A stretch of DNA of 64,000 nucleotides from an uncultured Alphaproteobacteria bacterium (lineage in GTDB: Bacteria; Pseudomonadota; Alphaproteobacteria; Dongiales; Dongiaceae), in NCBI GenBank assembly GCA_963849845.1, contig CAWKIJ010000008.1, forward strand, positions 430 to 64,429, given 5' to 3'. The stretch's first letter is position 1, and every line of letters starts with the position of its first letter. This document shows positions 54,380 to 62,914 of this stretch, piece after piece. A program made the position numbers and the translations under genes. The notes under the pieces were generated by a model, which had not been told where the DNA came from, did not search any database, and was given only the letters and a program-made list of their open reading frames with translations.

Positions 54380-55021
54380 CTACTGGCCCTCGCGCAGGCC
54401 CTTGACGAATTCGTGCAGGCCGATCTGGCGCTGGCGCTTCAGCCGCTCGGCGATCAGGATCGCGCGCACCTGGGCGACGCTCGCCTCGATATCGTGATTG
54501 ACGACGATATAGTCGTATTCCGCCCAGTGGCTCATCTCGTCGGCCGCCTTGGCCATGCGATGGGCGACGACATCGGCGCTGTCCTGGGCCCGCGCCTTCA
54601 GGCGCTTCTCCAGGTCGCGGGTCGAGGGTGGCAGGATGAAGACGCTGACCAGGTCGTCCCGGGCACTCTCCACCAGCTGCTGGGTGCCCTGCCAGTCGAT
54701 GTCGAAGAGGATGTCCCGCCCCTGGGCGAGGGCCGTCGCCACCGGCGCCCTGGGCGTGCCGTAGTAGTTGCCGAAGACCTTGGCATGTTCCAGGAGCTCG
54801 CCGCGATTGACCATCAGGTTGAATTCGGTGAGCTCGACGAAATGATAGTCGATGCCCGATGTCTCGCCCGGCCGCTTCTGCCGCGTGGTCGCCGATACCG
54901 ACATCGCCAGCTGCGGCTCCAGCGCCAGCAGGCGGCGGGAGATCGTGGTCTTGCCCGCCCCCGAGGGCGAGGAGAGCACCAGCATCAGGCCGCGCCGCTG
55001 GACTTCGACAAATCCGTTCAT
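54380..55021 (-). CDS. gmk: Guanylate kinase
   Basis: 213 aa with the P-loop SSPSGAGKTT, plus YHFV and the typical Gmk length. Confidence 0.95.
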   Translation of the reverse strand: MNGFVEVQRRGLMLVLSSPSGAGKTTISRRLLALEPQLAMSVSATTRQKRPGETSGIDYHFVELTEFNLMVNRGELLEHAKVFGNYYGTPRAPVATALAQGRDILFDIDWQGTQQLVESARDDLVSVFILPPSTRDLEKRLKARAQDSADVVAHRMAKAADEMSHWAEYDYIVVNHDIEASVAQVRAILIAERLKRQRQIGLHEFVKGLREGQ

Positions 55022-55052
55022 CGCTTCAAGGGTCCCGTCATTTCCGCCAGAT

Positions 55053-55940
55053 CTATTCGATATTCTGGATCTGCTCGCGCAGCTGCTCGATCGCCGATTT
55101 CAGCTCGATGCCGAGGCTGGTCAGCGCCAGATCGGCGCTTTTCGAGCAGAGCGTATTCGCCTCGCGGTTGAATTCCTGGCAGAGAAAATCGAACTTCCGG
55201 CCGACCGCGCCGCCGGCGGCGAGCAGGTCGCGCGCCGCCGCCACATGGGCATGCAGCCGGTCGAGTTCCTCGCGTACATCGGCCTTGCCCGCCAGGAGCG
55301 CGACCTCCTGGGCGAGCCGTTCGTCGCCAAGGCTGATCCCGGCCGGCATCAGCTCGGCGATCTGCTTTTCGAGGCGGAGCCGGATCGCCGCCGGCTGGGT
55401 GCCGGCATTCTCCGCCGAGGCGCGACGCAGCCGGTCGATCTCGACCAGATGCCCCTCGACCATCTTCTGCAGGCGTGCGCCCTCGGCGAGCCGCATGCTG
55501 GCAAGTTCCGCGAGGGCCTTGCCGAAGCTCGCCTGCACCGCTTGCTGGCGGCGCTCGGCGGTTGCCGCATCGATCACCGGCAGTTCGATCTCCATGACGC
55601 CTTTGAGACCGAGCAGGCCGTCGAGCCGCGGCGGCGCGGCCTCGATCTGGGATTCGAGCTCGCGGATGACGGCGAGGACCTGGCCCAGGGCCTCGCGGTT
55701 GACGTTGAGCCGGCCGCGCGAGCCGGCATCCTCCACCGTCAGGGTGACCGCGAGATTGCCGCGTTTCAGCCTTTCCGCGGTCGCCGTGCGGACGAAATTC
55801 TCCAGCGCCTCGAAGCCGGTGGGGACGCGGCAGCGGATGTCGAGATTGCGGCCGTTGACGGATTTCAGCTCCCAGGTCCAGGTGAAACTCTCGATGGCGC
55901 CGCTGGTGCGCGCAAAGCCCGTCATGCTGGCAATGGCCAA
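55053..55940 (-). CDS. yicC: YicC family stress-induced protein
   Basis: 295 aa with an MTGFAR-type N-terminus (SMTGFARTSG), NREANTLCSKS and a C-terminus IEQLREQIQNIE. It shows the conserved yicC-gmk adjacency. Confidence 0.85.
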   Translation of the reverse strand: MAIASMTGFARTSGAIESFTWTWELKSVNGRNLDIRCRVPTGFEALENFVRTATAERLKRGNLAVTLTVEDAGSRGRLNVNREALGQVLAVIRELESQIEAAPPRLDGLLGLKGVMEIELPVIDAATAERRQQAVQASFGKALAELASMRLAEGARLQKMVEGHLVEIDRLRRASAENAGTQPAAIRLRLEKQIAELMPAGISLGDERLAQEVALLAGKADVREELDRLHAHVAAARDLLAAGGAVGRKFDFLCQEFNREANTLCSKSADLALTSLGIELKSAIEQLREQIQNIE

Positions 55941-56057
55941 GTCCGATCCCCTCGATGACCCCGACGCGATGCCGCCAATTCTCGGTTGTGGCGCGGCATC
56001 GCGGCTTGCCGCTATCTTCGTTGATGGCCGGTATCAAGGCAAGCAGCGAGGGGGCGC

Positions 56058-56819
56058 ATGGCGAAGTTCACGTCGATCCTGATCACCGGGGCGAGTTCGG
56101 GACTCGGCATCGCTTTGGCCGAGTCGCTGGCGGCGCCGGGAGTCGGGCTGGTGCTTGGCGGCCGGGCGCGGGCACGCCTCGAGGCCACGGCCGCCGCCTG
56201 CCGGGGCCGCGGCGCCGAGGTGGCGCTCGAGCCGCTCGACGTCACCGATCGCACGGCGACAGCGGACTGGATCCTGGCAGCCGACCGCCGCCGCCCGCTC
56301 GATCTGGTGATCGCCAATGCCGGTATTTCCGGTGGTACTCTGGGCGGCGCGGAGAGCGACGCGCAGACCCGCGAGATCTTCGCCGTCAATCTGGACGGCG
56401 TCCTCAATACCGTGCTGCCGATCCTGCCGGCGATGCTGCAGCGGGGCCGGGGACAGATCGGCCTCATGAGTTCGCTGGCCGGCTATCGCGGATTCCCCGG
56501 TGCGCCGGCCTATTGCGGCTCCAAGGCGGCGGTGAAGGTCTGGGGCGAGGCCCTGCGCGGCGAGGTGGCAGCCCGCGGTGTCGGCGTCAGCGTCATCATG
56601 CCGGGCTACGTGAAAAGCCCGATGACCGCGGTCAACGATTTTCCGATGCCGTTCCTGATGCCGGCGGACCGTGCGGCCGCCATCGTGAAGCGCGGCCTCG
56701 AAGCCAACCGCGCCCGCATCGCCTTTCCGTTCCCGACCGCCTTCATGGCCTGGCTGATCGGGGCGCTGTCGCCGGCGATCACCGATCCGCTGCTGGCGCG
56801 GCTGCCGAAGAAGGGCTAG
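56058..56819 (+). CDS. SDR family oxidoreductase
   Basis: 253 aa with ITGASSGLG (the TGxxxGxG motif), NAGI and the YCGSKAA catalytic YxxxK. Confidence 0.85.
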   Translation: MAKFTSILITGASSGLGIALAESLAAPGVGLVLGGRARARLEATAAACRGRGAEVALEPLDVTDRTATADWILAADRRRPLDLVIANAGISGGTLGGAESDAQTREIFAVNLDGVLNTVLPILPAMLQRGRGQIGLMSSLAGYRGFPGAPAYCGSKAAVKVWGEALRGEVAARGVGVSVIMPGYVKSPMTAVNDFPMPFLMPADRAAAIVKRGLEANRARIAFPFPTAFMAWLIGALSPAITDPLLARLPKKG

Positions 56820-57001
56820 CGGCGCCGGGTCACCCGCTGTGCCGAAAACCACCCGCAATCAATGTCTTACCGCGCCGGGGCCCGGAGTCCCGGCATGTCC
56901 CCGGCGCGTCCCTCAGCCGGGGAAGCCGGGCACGCGACTTTGGCCGCCCCGTCAAACTGGTGTAGCATCGCGCGAGCAATACCTTGTGACGGGTTTTCGC
57001 G

Positions 57002-57685
57002 ATGACGAAGCCATTGAAATCGGGTCGACGGTCGGTGCTGCGGGGCCTGATCGCTGTCATCCTGGCGGCGCTGGCCGGCGGTCGCAGCCTGATCCGTCCG
57101 GGCGCCGCCGCGGCCCCGGCGATCGGCAAGGTGGTCAAGCTCAGGGGCAACGTCTTCCTGCAGCGGGAGGGCGCCCGGACGCCGCTGGCGGTCGGCGCCG
57201 AGCTTCGGGCCGGCGACCTTGTCATCACCCTGGCGGATGCGCGGGCGAAGCTTGCCTTTCTTGACGGCTCGACGGTCAGCCTGAGCGAGTTCACCAAGCT
57301 GACGCTGGACCAGTTCGCCTTCGATGCCACGGCTGCCGAACGCGACGCGGCGATGACCCTGGAGACCGGCGTCCTTCGGGCGGTGGTGGCCAAGGCGAAG
57401 ACGGGTTCGCGCTTCGAGATCGCCACCGGCACGGCGGTGGCGGGGGTGCGCTCGACCGACTGGATCGTCGAGGCCGAGGGCGCCCGGACCCGGGTCTATG
57501 TCCTCGAAGGCGCGGTCGACGTTGCCGATCGCGGTTCCAGCATGCGGAGCCTGCCCAGCATCGCCCAGGAGGACCGGCTGATCCTGAAGCCCGGCCGGGT
57601 TGCCAGGCTCGACGGCGGCAAGCCGGTCTCGGCCGCCTGGGACCAGGGCAAGCTCGACGACCTCATCGCCCAGACGGCGTTCTGA
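57002..57685 (+). CDS. Secreted FecR-domain protein
   Basis: 227 aa. The signal is Tat-like (GRRSVLRGLIAVILAALAGG). The FecR pattern is GKVVKLRGNVFLQREGARTPLAVGAELRAGDLVITLADARAKLAFLDGSTVSLSEFTKLTL ... AVAGVRSTDWIV. Confidence 0.7.
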   Translation: MTKPLKSGRRSVLRGLIAVILAALAGGRSLIRPGAAAAPAIGKVVKLRGNVFLQREGARTPLAVGAELRAGDLVITLADARAKLAFLDGSTVSLSEFTKLTLDQFAFDATAAERDAAMTLETGVLRAVVAKAKTGSRFEIATGTAVAGVRSTDWIVEAEGARTRVYVLEGAVDVADRGSSMRSLPSIAQEDRLILKPGRVARLDGGKPVSAAWDQGKLDDLIAQTAF

Positions 57686-57703
57686 CCCGGCCGCGGCGTC
57701 GCC

Positions 57704-59824
57704 CTAGCCGCCCTTGCTGGCGAGGTCGGTGATGCCCTGCCAGGCGGGCGGCGGCGCCAGGGCGAAATCCCTGGCCCGGGCGGCGAACCTGGCGGCCGCC
57801 GCATCCTGTGCTGCGAGGTTTTCGAAGGCCTGTGCGGCGGCGGCGAAGCGGCCGCTGCGCCAGGCGGCAAGGGCTTCCGCGAAGCCTTCGAGGTCGAGGC
57901 GCGCCGCTTCCGCCGGGGCAAGCGGCTGATAGAGCCGCACCGGCTGGCCGCGGCCGACCACCCGGACGGTATCGAGTTCGCGGCAGGGGATGGCTTCGCC
58001 GCAGCCGGCGCGGGTCGTCTCGCTGACCACCAGCGGAACGCCGTAGAGCTTGGCAACGCCCTCCAGCCGCGCGGCGAGATTCACCGCATCGCCGATCACG
58101 GTGTAGTTGAATCGCTTGGGCGAGCCGATATTGCCGACCACCGCCGCGCCGCTGTGGATGCCGATGCGGATGGCGATCGGATGGTCGGGTCCGAGCCGCA
58201 GCGGATGCGCCGGGGCGTCGAGGGCGCCTAGCATGTCGAGTGCCGCCGCGACCGCCTTGGCGGCGTGGTCGGGATCGTGCAGGGGGGCGCCGAAGACCGC
58301 CAGCAGCCCGTCGCCGATGAATTTGTCGACGAAGCCGCCATGCGCCTCGACGATCTCGGTCATCCGGCCGAAATAGGCATTGAGATCGGCGACCAGCTCG
58401 GCCGGGGCGCGGTGCTCGGAGCGTTCGGTGAAGCCGGCGATATCCGAGAACAGGATGGTAACCGGGCGCTCCTCGCCGCCGAGCACCGGCGGCTTCTCCT
58501 CCTGCAGGAGCCGGTCGATCTCGCTTTGCGGCAGATAGAGTGCAAAGGCGCGGGCGAGGCCGAGCCGGGCGCGGTCGCCGCTCAGGATGCGCCAGGCGAA
58601 GATGAATCCGAGCGCCAGGGCCAGCGCCGCCCAGCCGGAGACCAGTGGCGCCACCCGCCCGAAATCGAAGGCGATCGCCGCCGCCAGGGTCCAGGCAAGG
58701 GCGGTGCCGCCGATGATCAGGGTGACCGACCGCGGCGAGGCGCGGCGGATGGCGGCGAAGGTGGCGATTGCCGTGAGGACCCAGATGGCGATGGCGGCGG
58801 AGAGCGGCCTCGCCGGGCGGAGCGGCGCATCGCGGAGCAGGTTGTCGATGCCGGCGGCGATCAGGACGGTGCCGGGCATCAGCGACCGGCCGATCGCATG
58901 GGTCGCATCGGCCGGCAGGACGCAGGGCTTGGCGATATAGGATTCCGGCGCATCGGCCAGCCGCGCCGAGGTCAGCCGGCGATCCTCGGTATCGAGGATC
59001 TGGCCGAGGACGACAATGCGTCCGGCAAAATTCTCGCGGAAATAGGCATCGTCCCCGGCCTTGGCGCAGGCATAGAGGTCGCCGAGCGAGTAGGCGTTCA
59101 GGGGACCGAGCCAGGGGCGGAAGTCGATCAGAATGCCGCGGGTCGGGTCGGCGTAGCGCCGGGCCCCCAGATCGAGGCTGCCATCGGGTTCGAAGGCGAT
59201 GGCACGGCCGGCACCGCGGGCCGCGAGTTCGGTCGCCATGGTCGGCAGGCGCTCATTGCCTTCGTCCACCGCCAGCGGCAGCCGGCGCAGGACCCCGTCG
59301 GGATCCTCGCTCAGGTTCAGGGACCGCAGGTTGCCTGTATCGCCGACGGCGAAGATCTGCGCCGCCGTCGGCTGGGTGATGTGCCGGTGCTGCGCCTTGC
59401 CTAGGACGATCCGCCCGTCGGCCGCACCCTTGTGCAGCGCCAGCAGGAAGGGCTGGTCGAAGTTCTTCAGCGCCCGGCCATAGCCGTCGAGATCGGTGTC
59501 GGCGCTGGTCGAATAGATCTGGTCGAATCCGATGACCTTGGCGCCGCTGTCCAGCATCTTGTCGACGACGCTGCCGAGGAACGGCGTCCAGAAGGCATGC
59601 GGCTTGTTCTGGAAGTCCGGCGCGTCGTAATAGGTCGTCTCGTCGATGGCGACGATGACCACGTCGGGCGAACGTTCGGCGGTCTTGTCGCGGCCGGCCA
59701 GCTTGCCGAAGAGATAGAGGAGATCGACCGAGAGCCCCTGGTTGGTCGGCCAGGCGATGGCGCCGCCGAGGACGGCCGAGGCGATGCTGATCAGCAGGGC
59801 GGCGAGGATCTTCCGGCGGCGCAT
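57704..59824 (-). CDS. CHASE2-domain adenylate/guanylate cyclase (class III)
   Basis: 706 aa. An N-terminal TM helix precedes a periplasmic CHASE2-like region (DVVIVAIDETTY) and three TM helices. The cyclase domain reads VTILFSDIAGFTERSE...FIGDGLLAVFGAP...IGIHSGAAVVGNIGS...YTVIGDAVNLAARLEG. Confidence 0.85.
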   Translation of the reverse strand: MRRRKILAALLISIASAVLGGAIAWPTNQGLSVDLLYLFGKLAGRDKTAERSPDVVIVAIDETTYYDAPDFQNKPHAFWTPFLGSVVDKMLDSGAKVIGFDQIYSTSADTDLDGYGRALKNFDQPFLLALHKGAADGRIVLGKAQHRHITQPTAAQIFAVGDTGNLRSLNLSEDPDGVLRRLPLAVDEGNERLPTMATELAARGAGRAIAFEPDGSLDLGARRYADPTRGILIDFRPWLGPLNAYSLGDLYACAKAGDDAYFRENFAGRIVVLGQILDTEDRRLTSARLADAPESYIAKPCVLPADATHAIGRSLMPGTVLIAAGIDNLLRDAPLRPARPLSAAIAIWVLTAIATFAAIRRASPRSVTLIIGGTALAWTLAAAIAFDFGRVAPLVSGWAALALALGFIFAWRILSGDRARLGLARAFALYLPQSEIDRLLQEEKPPVLGGEERPVTILFSDIAGFTERSEHRAPAELVADLNAYFGRMTEIVEAHGGFVDKFIGDGLLAVFGAPLHDPDHAAKAVAAALDMLGALDAPAHPLRLGPDHPIAIRIGIHSGAAVVGNIGSPKRFNYTVIGDAVNLAARLEGVAKLYGVPLVVSETTRAGCGEAIPCRELDTVRVVGRGQPVRLYQPLAPAEAARLDLEGFAEALAAWRSGRFAAAAQAFENLAAQDAAAARFAARARDFALAPPPAWQGITDLASKGG

Positions 59825-59835
59825 CCCCGGCAGCG

Positions 59836-60510
59836 CTAGAGACGAATGAGGCGGACGAGGATCGGCAGAGGCGCGGCGACCGCGGCACCGTCGACCTTGA
59901 AGACCAAAGCGCGCTTGCCCCCGCTCACCACATAGACCCCGCCGGGACGCAGGGTGATGCCAAGTGCGGCGAAGTCGCCCATGCCGTCGGCGTCGAGCGT
60001 CAAGGTCCGCTTCTCATGGCGGCGCAGGTCCTCGAGCACCACTTCCTTCAGGTCGGGGGCGACGATCACCGGCTGGGTGCTGTCGACCGTGGTCTGCGGC
60101 TGCAGGGGATCGTTGCTGTTGGGGTCGCGGTAGGCGAGGGCGGCGCTCTGCGCCAGCTGCTCGGCCGTGAGATCCATGGTGCCGGCGGCGCATTTCATCT
60201 TCTGGCTCTGGATCTCGCCACCCTCCACCTGGGAGCCGTCGGGCTGGACCGTCACCGTGCCGCCATGCACGAAATCTCGCGTGCAGGTGGAAAAATACCC
60301 GATGATGATACTCTGATCCGGAGCGAGTTCGATGCGATCGCCGGCGCTCAGGAGATCCATCGGCGAGACCTGGCTGACGCCGGTGCCGACATCCTCGACG
60401 ATTGCCACCGGCGCGCCGCCGGCGCCGGCCGGGCCGGCGGAGATTGCCGCACCAGCGAGGATCGTGGCGGCGGCGAGGAGAGAGGCTCGAATTGCTGGTG
60501 GGGTCGGCAT
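59836..60510 (-). CDS. Secreted hypothetical protein, weakly FecR-like N-terminus; first gene of the cyclase operon
   Basis: This lies within ORF 59836..60573. The preferred start is ATG 60510, giving the signal peptide MPTPPAIRASLLAAATILAGAAISAGPAGA. The stretch VAIVEDVGTGVSQVSPMDLLSAGDRIELAPDQSIIIGY resembles the FecR pattern. Its stop lies 11 nt from the cyclase start. Confidence 0.55.
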   Translation of the reverse strand: MPTPPAIRASLLAAATILAGAAISAGPAGAGGAPVAIVEDVGTGVSQVSPMDLLSAGDRIELAPDQSIIIGYFSTCTRDFVHGGTVTVQPDGSQVEGGEIQSQKMKCAAGTMDLTAEQLAQSAALAYRDPNSNDPLQPQTTVDSTQPVIVAPDLKEVVLEDLRRHEKRTLTLDADGMGDFAALGITLRPGGVYVVSGGKRALVFKVDGAAVAAPLPILVRLIRL

Positions 60511-60580
60511 GACGGACGTTTCCCGGCTGAATCGCTGGCCGGTCATCTCGCACCGATGGCGACAGGCTGTCAATCCGCCC

Positions 60581-60628
60581 GGCGCGTTCCGCGCCCTGGT
60601 GGCCGGCGCGTTCCGCGCCCTGGTGGCC
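60581..60628. repeat. Tandem 2 x 24-bp direct repeat, each unit containing the palindrome GGCGCG-TTC-CGCGCC
   Basis: GGCGCGTTCCGCGCCCTGGTGGCC occurs at 60581-60604 and again at 60605-60628. A related GGCGCAATGCGTGGCGCC follows at 60629-60646. The repeat is intergenic, between the RutR-like gene stop (60658) and the secreted-protein gene start. Confidence 0.9.
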
Positions 60629-60657
60629 GGCGCAATGCGTGGCGCCGGTCCAGGAGA

Positions 60658-61341
60658 TCAGCGATTCCTGACGCCGTCGAGGATGAGGCCGCCGAGCTGC
60701 GCGGCGGCGAGGTCGTAATCCGCCGCGCCGAGCTGGTCGCGCCGCAGCACGGCACAGATCTGGGCCTCGAAATCGGCGTAGGTCTGGGTCGCCGCCCAGA
60801 TCACGAAGAACAGGTGATAGGGGTCGACCGGCTTGATCTTCCCGGCCGCGATCCAGCCGCGGATCACGGCGGTCTTGGTCTCCACCCAGTCGCGCAGCTT
60901 GGTCTCGAGGAACGGCTTCAGATGCGGCGCGCCGTGGATGATTTCATTGGCGAAGACGCGGGAGGCGAGGGGCTTCGCCCGCGCCAGCTCGATCTTGCCG
61001 CGGATATAGGCGCGCAGCGCCACGTCGGGCTCGGCGCCGGGCACGATCTGGTCGGCCGAGCCCAGCCAGTCGTCGATGATGTCGGTGAGGACCCGCTGGT
61101 AGAGCTCCTCCTTGGTCTTGAAGTAGTAGTGCAGATTGGGCTTGGGCAGACTCGCCCGCCGGGCGATCTCGCCGGTGGTGGCGCCGGCATAGCCCGTGTC
61201 GGCGAAGACCAATTCCGCCGCCGCCAGGATCCGCCGCTCGATGGTGGCGCGCGAGACCTCCCGCTGGGTGGGCGGCCGCTTGGCCGCGGCCTGTCGCCTG
61301 GTGGATGCCGGATCGGGTGGGCTGGCTTTGGCTGCGGTCAA
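60658..61341 (-). CDS. TetR family transcriptional regulator, RutR-like
   Basis: 227 aa. The TetR HTH is ILAAAELVFADTGYAGATTGEIARRASLPKPNLHYYFKTKEELY. The gene is divergent from preT-preA, and a perfect RutR box lies in the shared intergenic region. Confidence 0.85.
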   Translation of the reverse strand: MTAAKASPPDPASTRRQAAAKRPPTQREVSRATIERRILAAAELVFADTGYAGATTGEIARRASLPKPNLHYYFKTKEELYQRVLTDIIDDWLGSADQIVPGAEPDVALRAYIRGKIELARAKPLASRVFANEIIHGAPHLKPFLETKLRDWVETKTAVIRGWIAAGKIKPVDPYHLFFVIWAATQTYADFEAQICAVLRRDQLGAADYDLAAAQLGGLILDGVRNR

Positions 61342-61419
61342 TATCTGATCCCCTCACGGCAAAACCTAACACCCCGCGTCCCATGAATGGGAGGCTCGGG
61401 GCAGGAATAATAAGATCAA

Positions 61420-61437
61420 TTTGACCAAATGGTCAAA
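61420..61437. promoter_or_regulatory. RutR-box operator (TTGACCAnnTGGTCAA)
   Basis: TTGACCAAATGGTCAA at 61421-61436 matches the published E. coli RutR consensus at all 14 specified positions. The flanking T and A extend the palindrome to 8-bp arms. On the minus strand, TTGACC (61436-61431) followed by 18 nt and TATTAT (61412-61407) resembles a sigma70-type promoter for the regulator gene. Confidence 0.7.
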
Positions 61438-61540
61438 ATTATATTGTTCGGCCGGCCGGGATTTGTTATGTGAGTCCGGCAAGGAAGTGCCCGTCCGGAA
61501 GGGCCGCCGCGACACAAGCGGGATGCATGGAGGAGGGAGC

Positions 61541-62902
61541 ATGAGCGACGAGTCGCAACCCGACATCCGGGCCGCCAGGCTGTCATTGACCGAGATCGCG
61601 GCGAACTTCGCCGACGTGAAGCCGCCGCTGGACCGCAAGCAGGCCCTGGTCGAGAGCAGCCGCTGCTACTTCTGCCACGATGCCCCCTGCACCGAGGCCT
61701 GCCCGACCTCGATCGACGTCCCGAACTTCATCCGGATGATCAATACCGGCAACGTCCTGGGTGCCGCCGGGAAGATCCTGGAGCAGAACATCATGGGCGG
61801 CATCTGTGCCCGCGTCTGCCCGGTCGAGATCCTCTGCGAGGATGCCTGCGTGCGGAACCATTCCGAGGCGAAGCCGGTCAATATCGGCGCCCTCCAGCGT
61901 TTCGCCACCGATCAGCTGTTCGCGGCGGGCGTCCAGCCCTTCGTCCGGGCGGCGCCGAGCGGCAAGTCGGTGGCGGTGGTCGGCGGCGGCCCGGCCGGCC
62001 TGTCCTGCGCCCATCGCCTGGCGCTGCTGGGCCATGCGGTGACCATCCACGAGGCGCGCGACAAACTGGGCGGCCTCAACGAATACGGCATCGCCGCCTA
62101 CAAGACCGTCGACGACTTCGCCCAGCGCGAAGTCGCCTTCATCCTGTCGCTGGGCGGCATCGCCGCGAAGACCGCGACCGTCCTCGGCCGCGACGTGACC
62201 CTGGCCCAGCTGCGCCGCGATTTCGATGCGGTGTTCCTGGGGCTGGGACTGGGCGGGGTCAACGCCCTCGGCCTCGAGCGCGAGGAGCTGAGCGGGGTCG
62301 AGGATGCAGTCCGCTATATCTCCGACCTGCGCCAGGCCGAGGACAAGGCAAGGCTGAAGGTCGGGCGCAAGGTGGTGGTGATCGGTGGCGGCAATACCGC
62401 GATCGACATCGCCGTGCAGTCGAAGCGGCTCGGCGCCGAGGATGTGACCCTGGTCTACCGGCGCGGTCCCGAGCATATGAGCGCCACCGCCCATGAGCAG
62501 GACTTCGCCCAGGTGAACGGCGTGAAGATCAAGCACTGGGCGCGGCCCAGGCGTCTGATCGGGCATCGGGGCGCGGTGCGGGAGATCGAATTCGAGTACA
62601 CGCAGCTCGACGCCGAGGGCCGCCTCAGCGGCACCGGCGACTCCTTCAGCCTGCTCTGCGACACGGTCTTCAAGGCGATCGGCCAGATGCTGGTGAAGGA
62701 CCCGGTCAACGGCGCCGCGCAGGAGGCGCTGGAACTCTCCGGCGGCAGGATCGCCGTCAACGAGGAGATGCAGACCTCGCTGCCCGGTGTCTTCGCCGGC
62801 GGCGACTGTACCGCGACTGGCATCGATCTCACGGTGCAGGGCGTCGAGGACGGCAAGCGCGCGGCGCTCGCGATCGATCGCTATCTGCGCGCCGGCAGCT
62901 AG
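61541..62902 (+). CDS. preT: NAD-dependent dihydropyrimidine dehydrogenase subunit PreT (glutamate synthase small-subunit-like)
   Basis: This lies within ORF 61421..62902. The preferred start is ATG 61541, after GGAGGAGGGAG. It has the Fe-S cysteines CYFCHDAPCTEACP, the dinucleotide sites VAVVGGGPAGLSCA and VVVIGGGNTAIDIA, and GVFAGGDC. Confidence 0.85.
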   Translation: MSDESQPDIRAARLSLTEIAANFADVKPPLDRKQALVESSRCYFCHDAPCTEACPTSIDVPNFIRMINTGNVLGAAGKILEQNIMGGICARVCPVEILCEDACVRNHSEAKPVNIGALQRFATDQLFAAGVQPFVRAAPSGKSVAVVGGGPAGLSCAHRLALLGHAVTIHEARDKLGGLNEYGIAAYKTVDDFAQREVAFILSLGGIAAKTATVLGRDVTLAQLRRDFDAVFLGLGLGGVNALGLEREELSGVEDAVRYISDLRQAEDKARLKVGRKVVVIGGGNTAIDIAVQSKRLGAEDVTLVYRRGPEHMSATAHEQDFAQVNGVKIKHWARPRRLIGHRGAVREIEFEYTQLDAEGRLSGTGDSFSLLCDTVFKAIGQMLVKDPVNGAAQEALELSGGRIAVNEEMQTSLPGVFAGGDCTATGIDLTVQGVEDGKRAALAIDRYLRAGS

Positions 62903-62914
62903 GAGGAGGCATCC

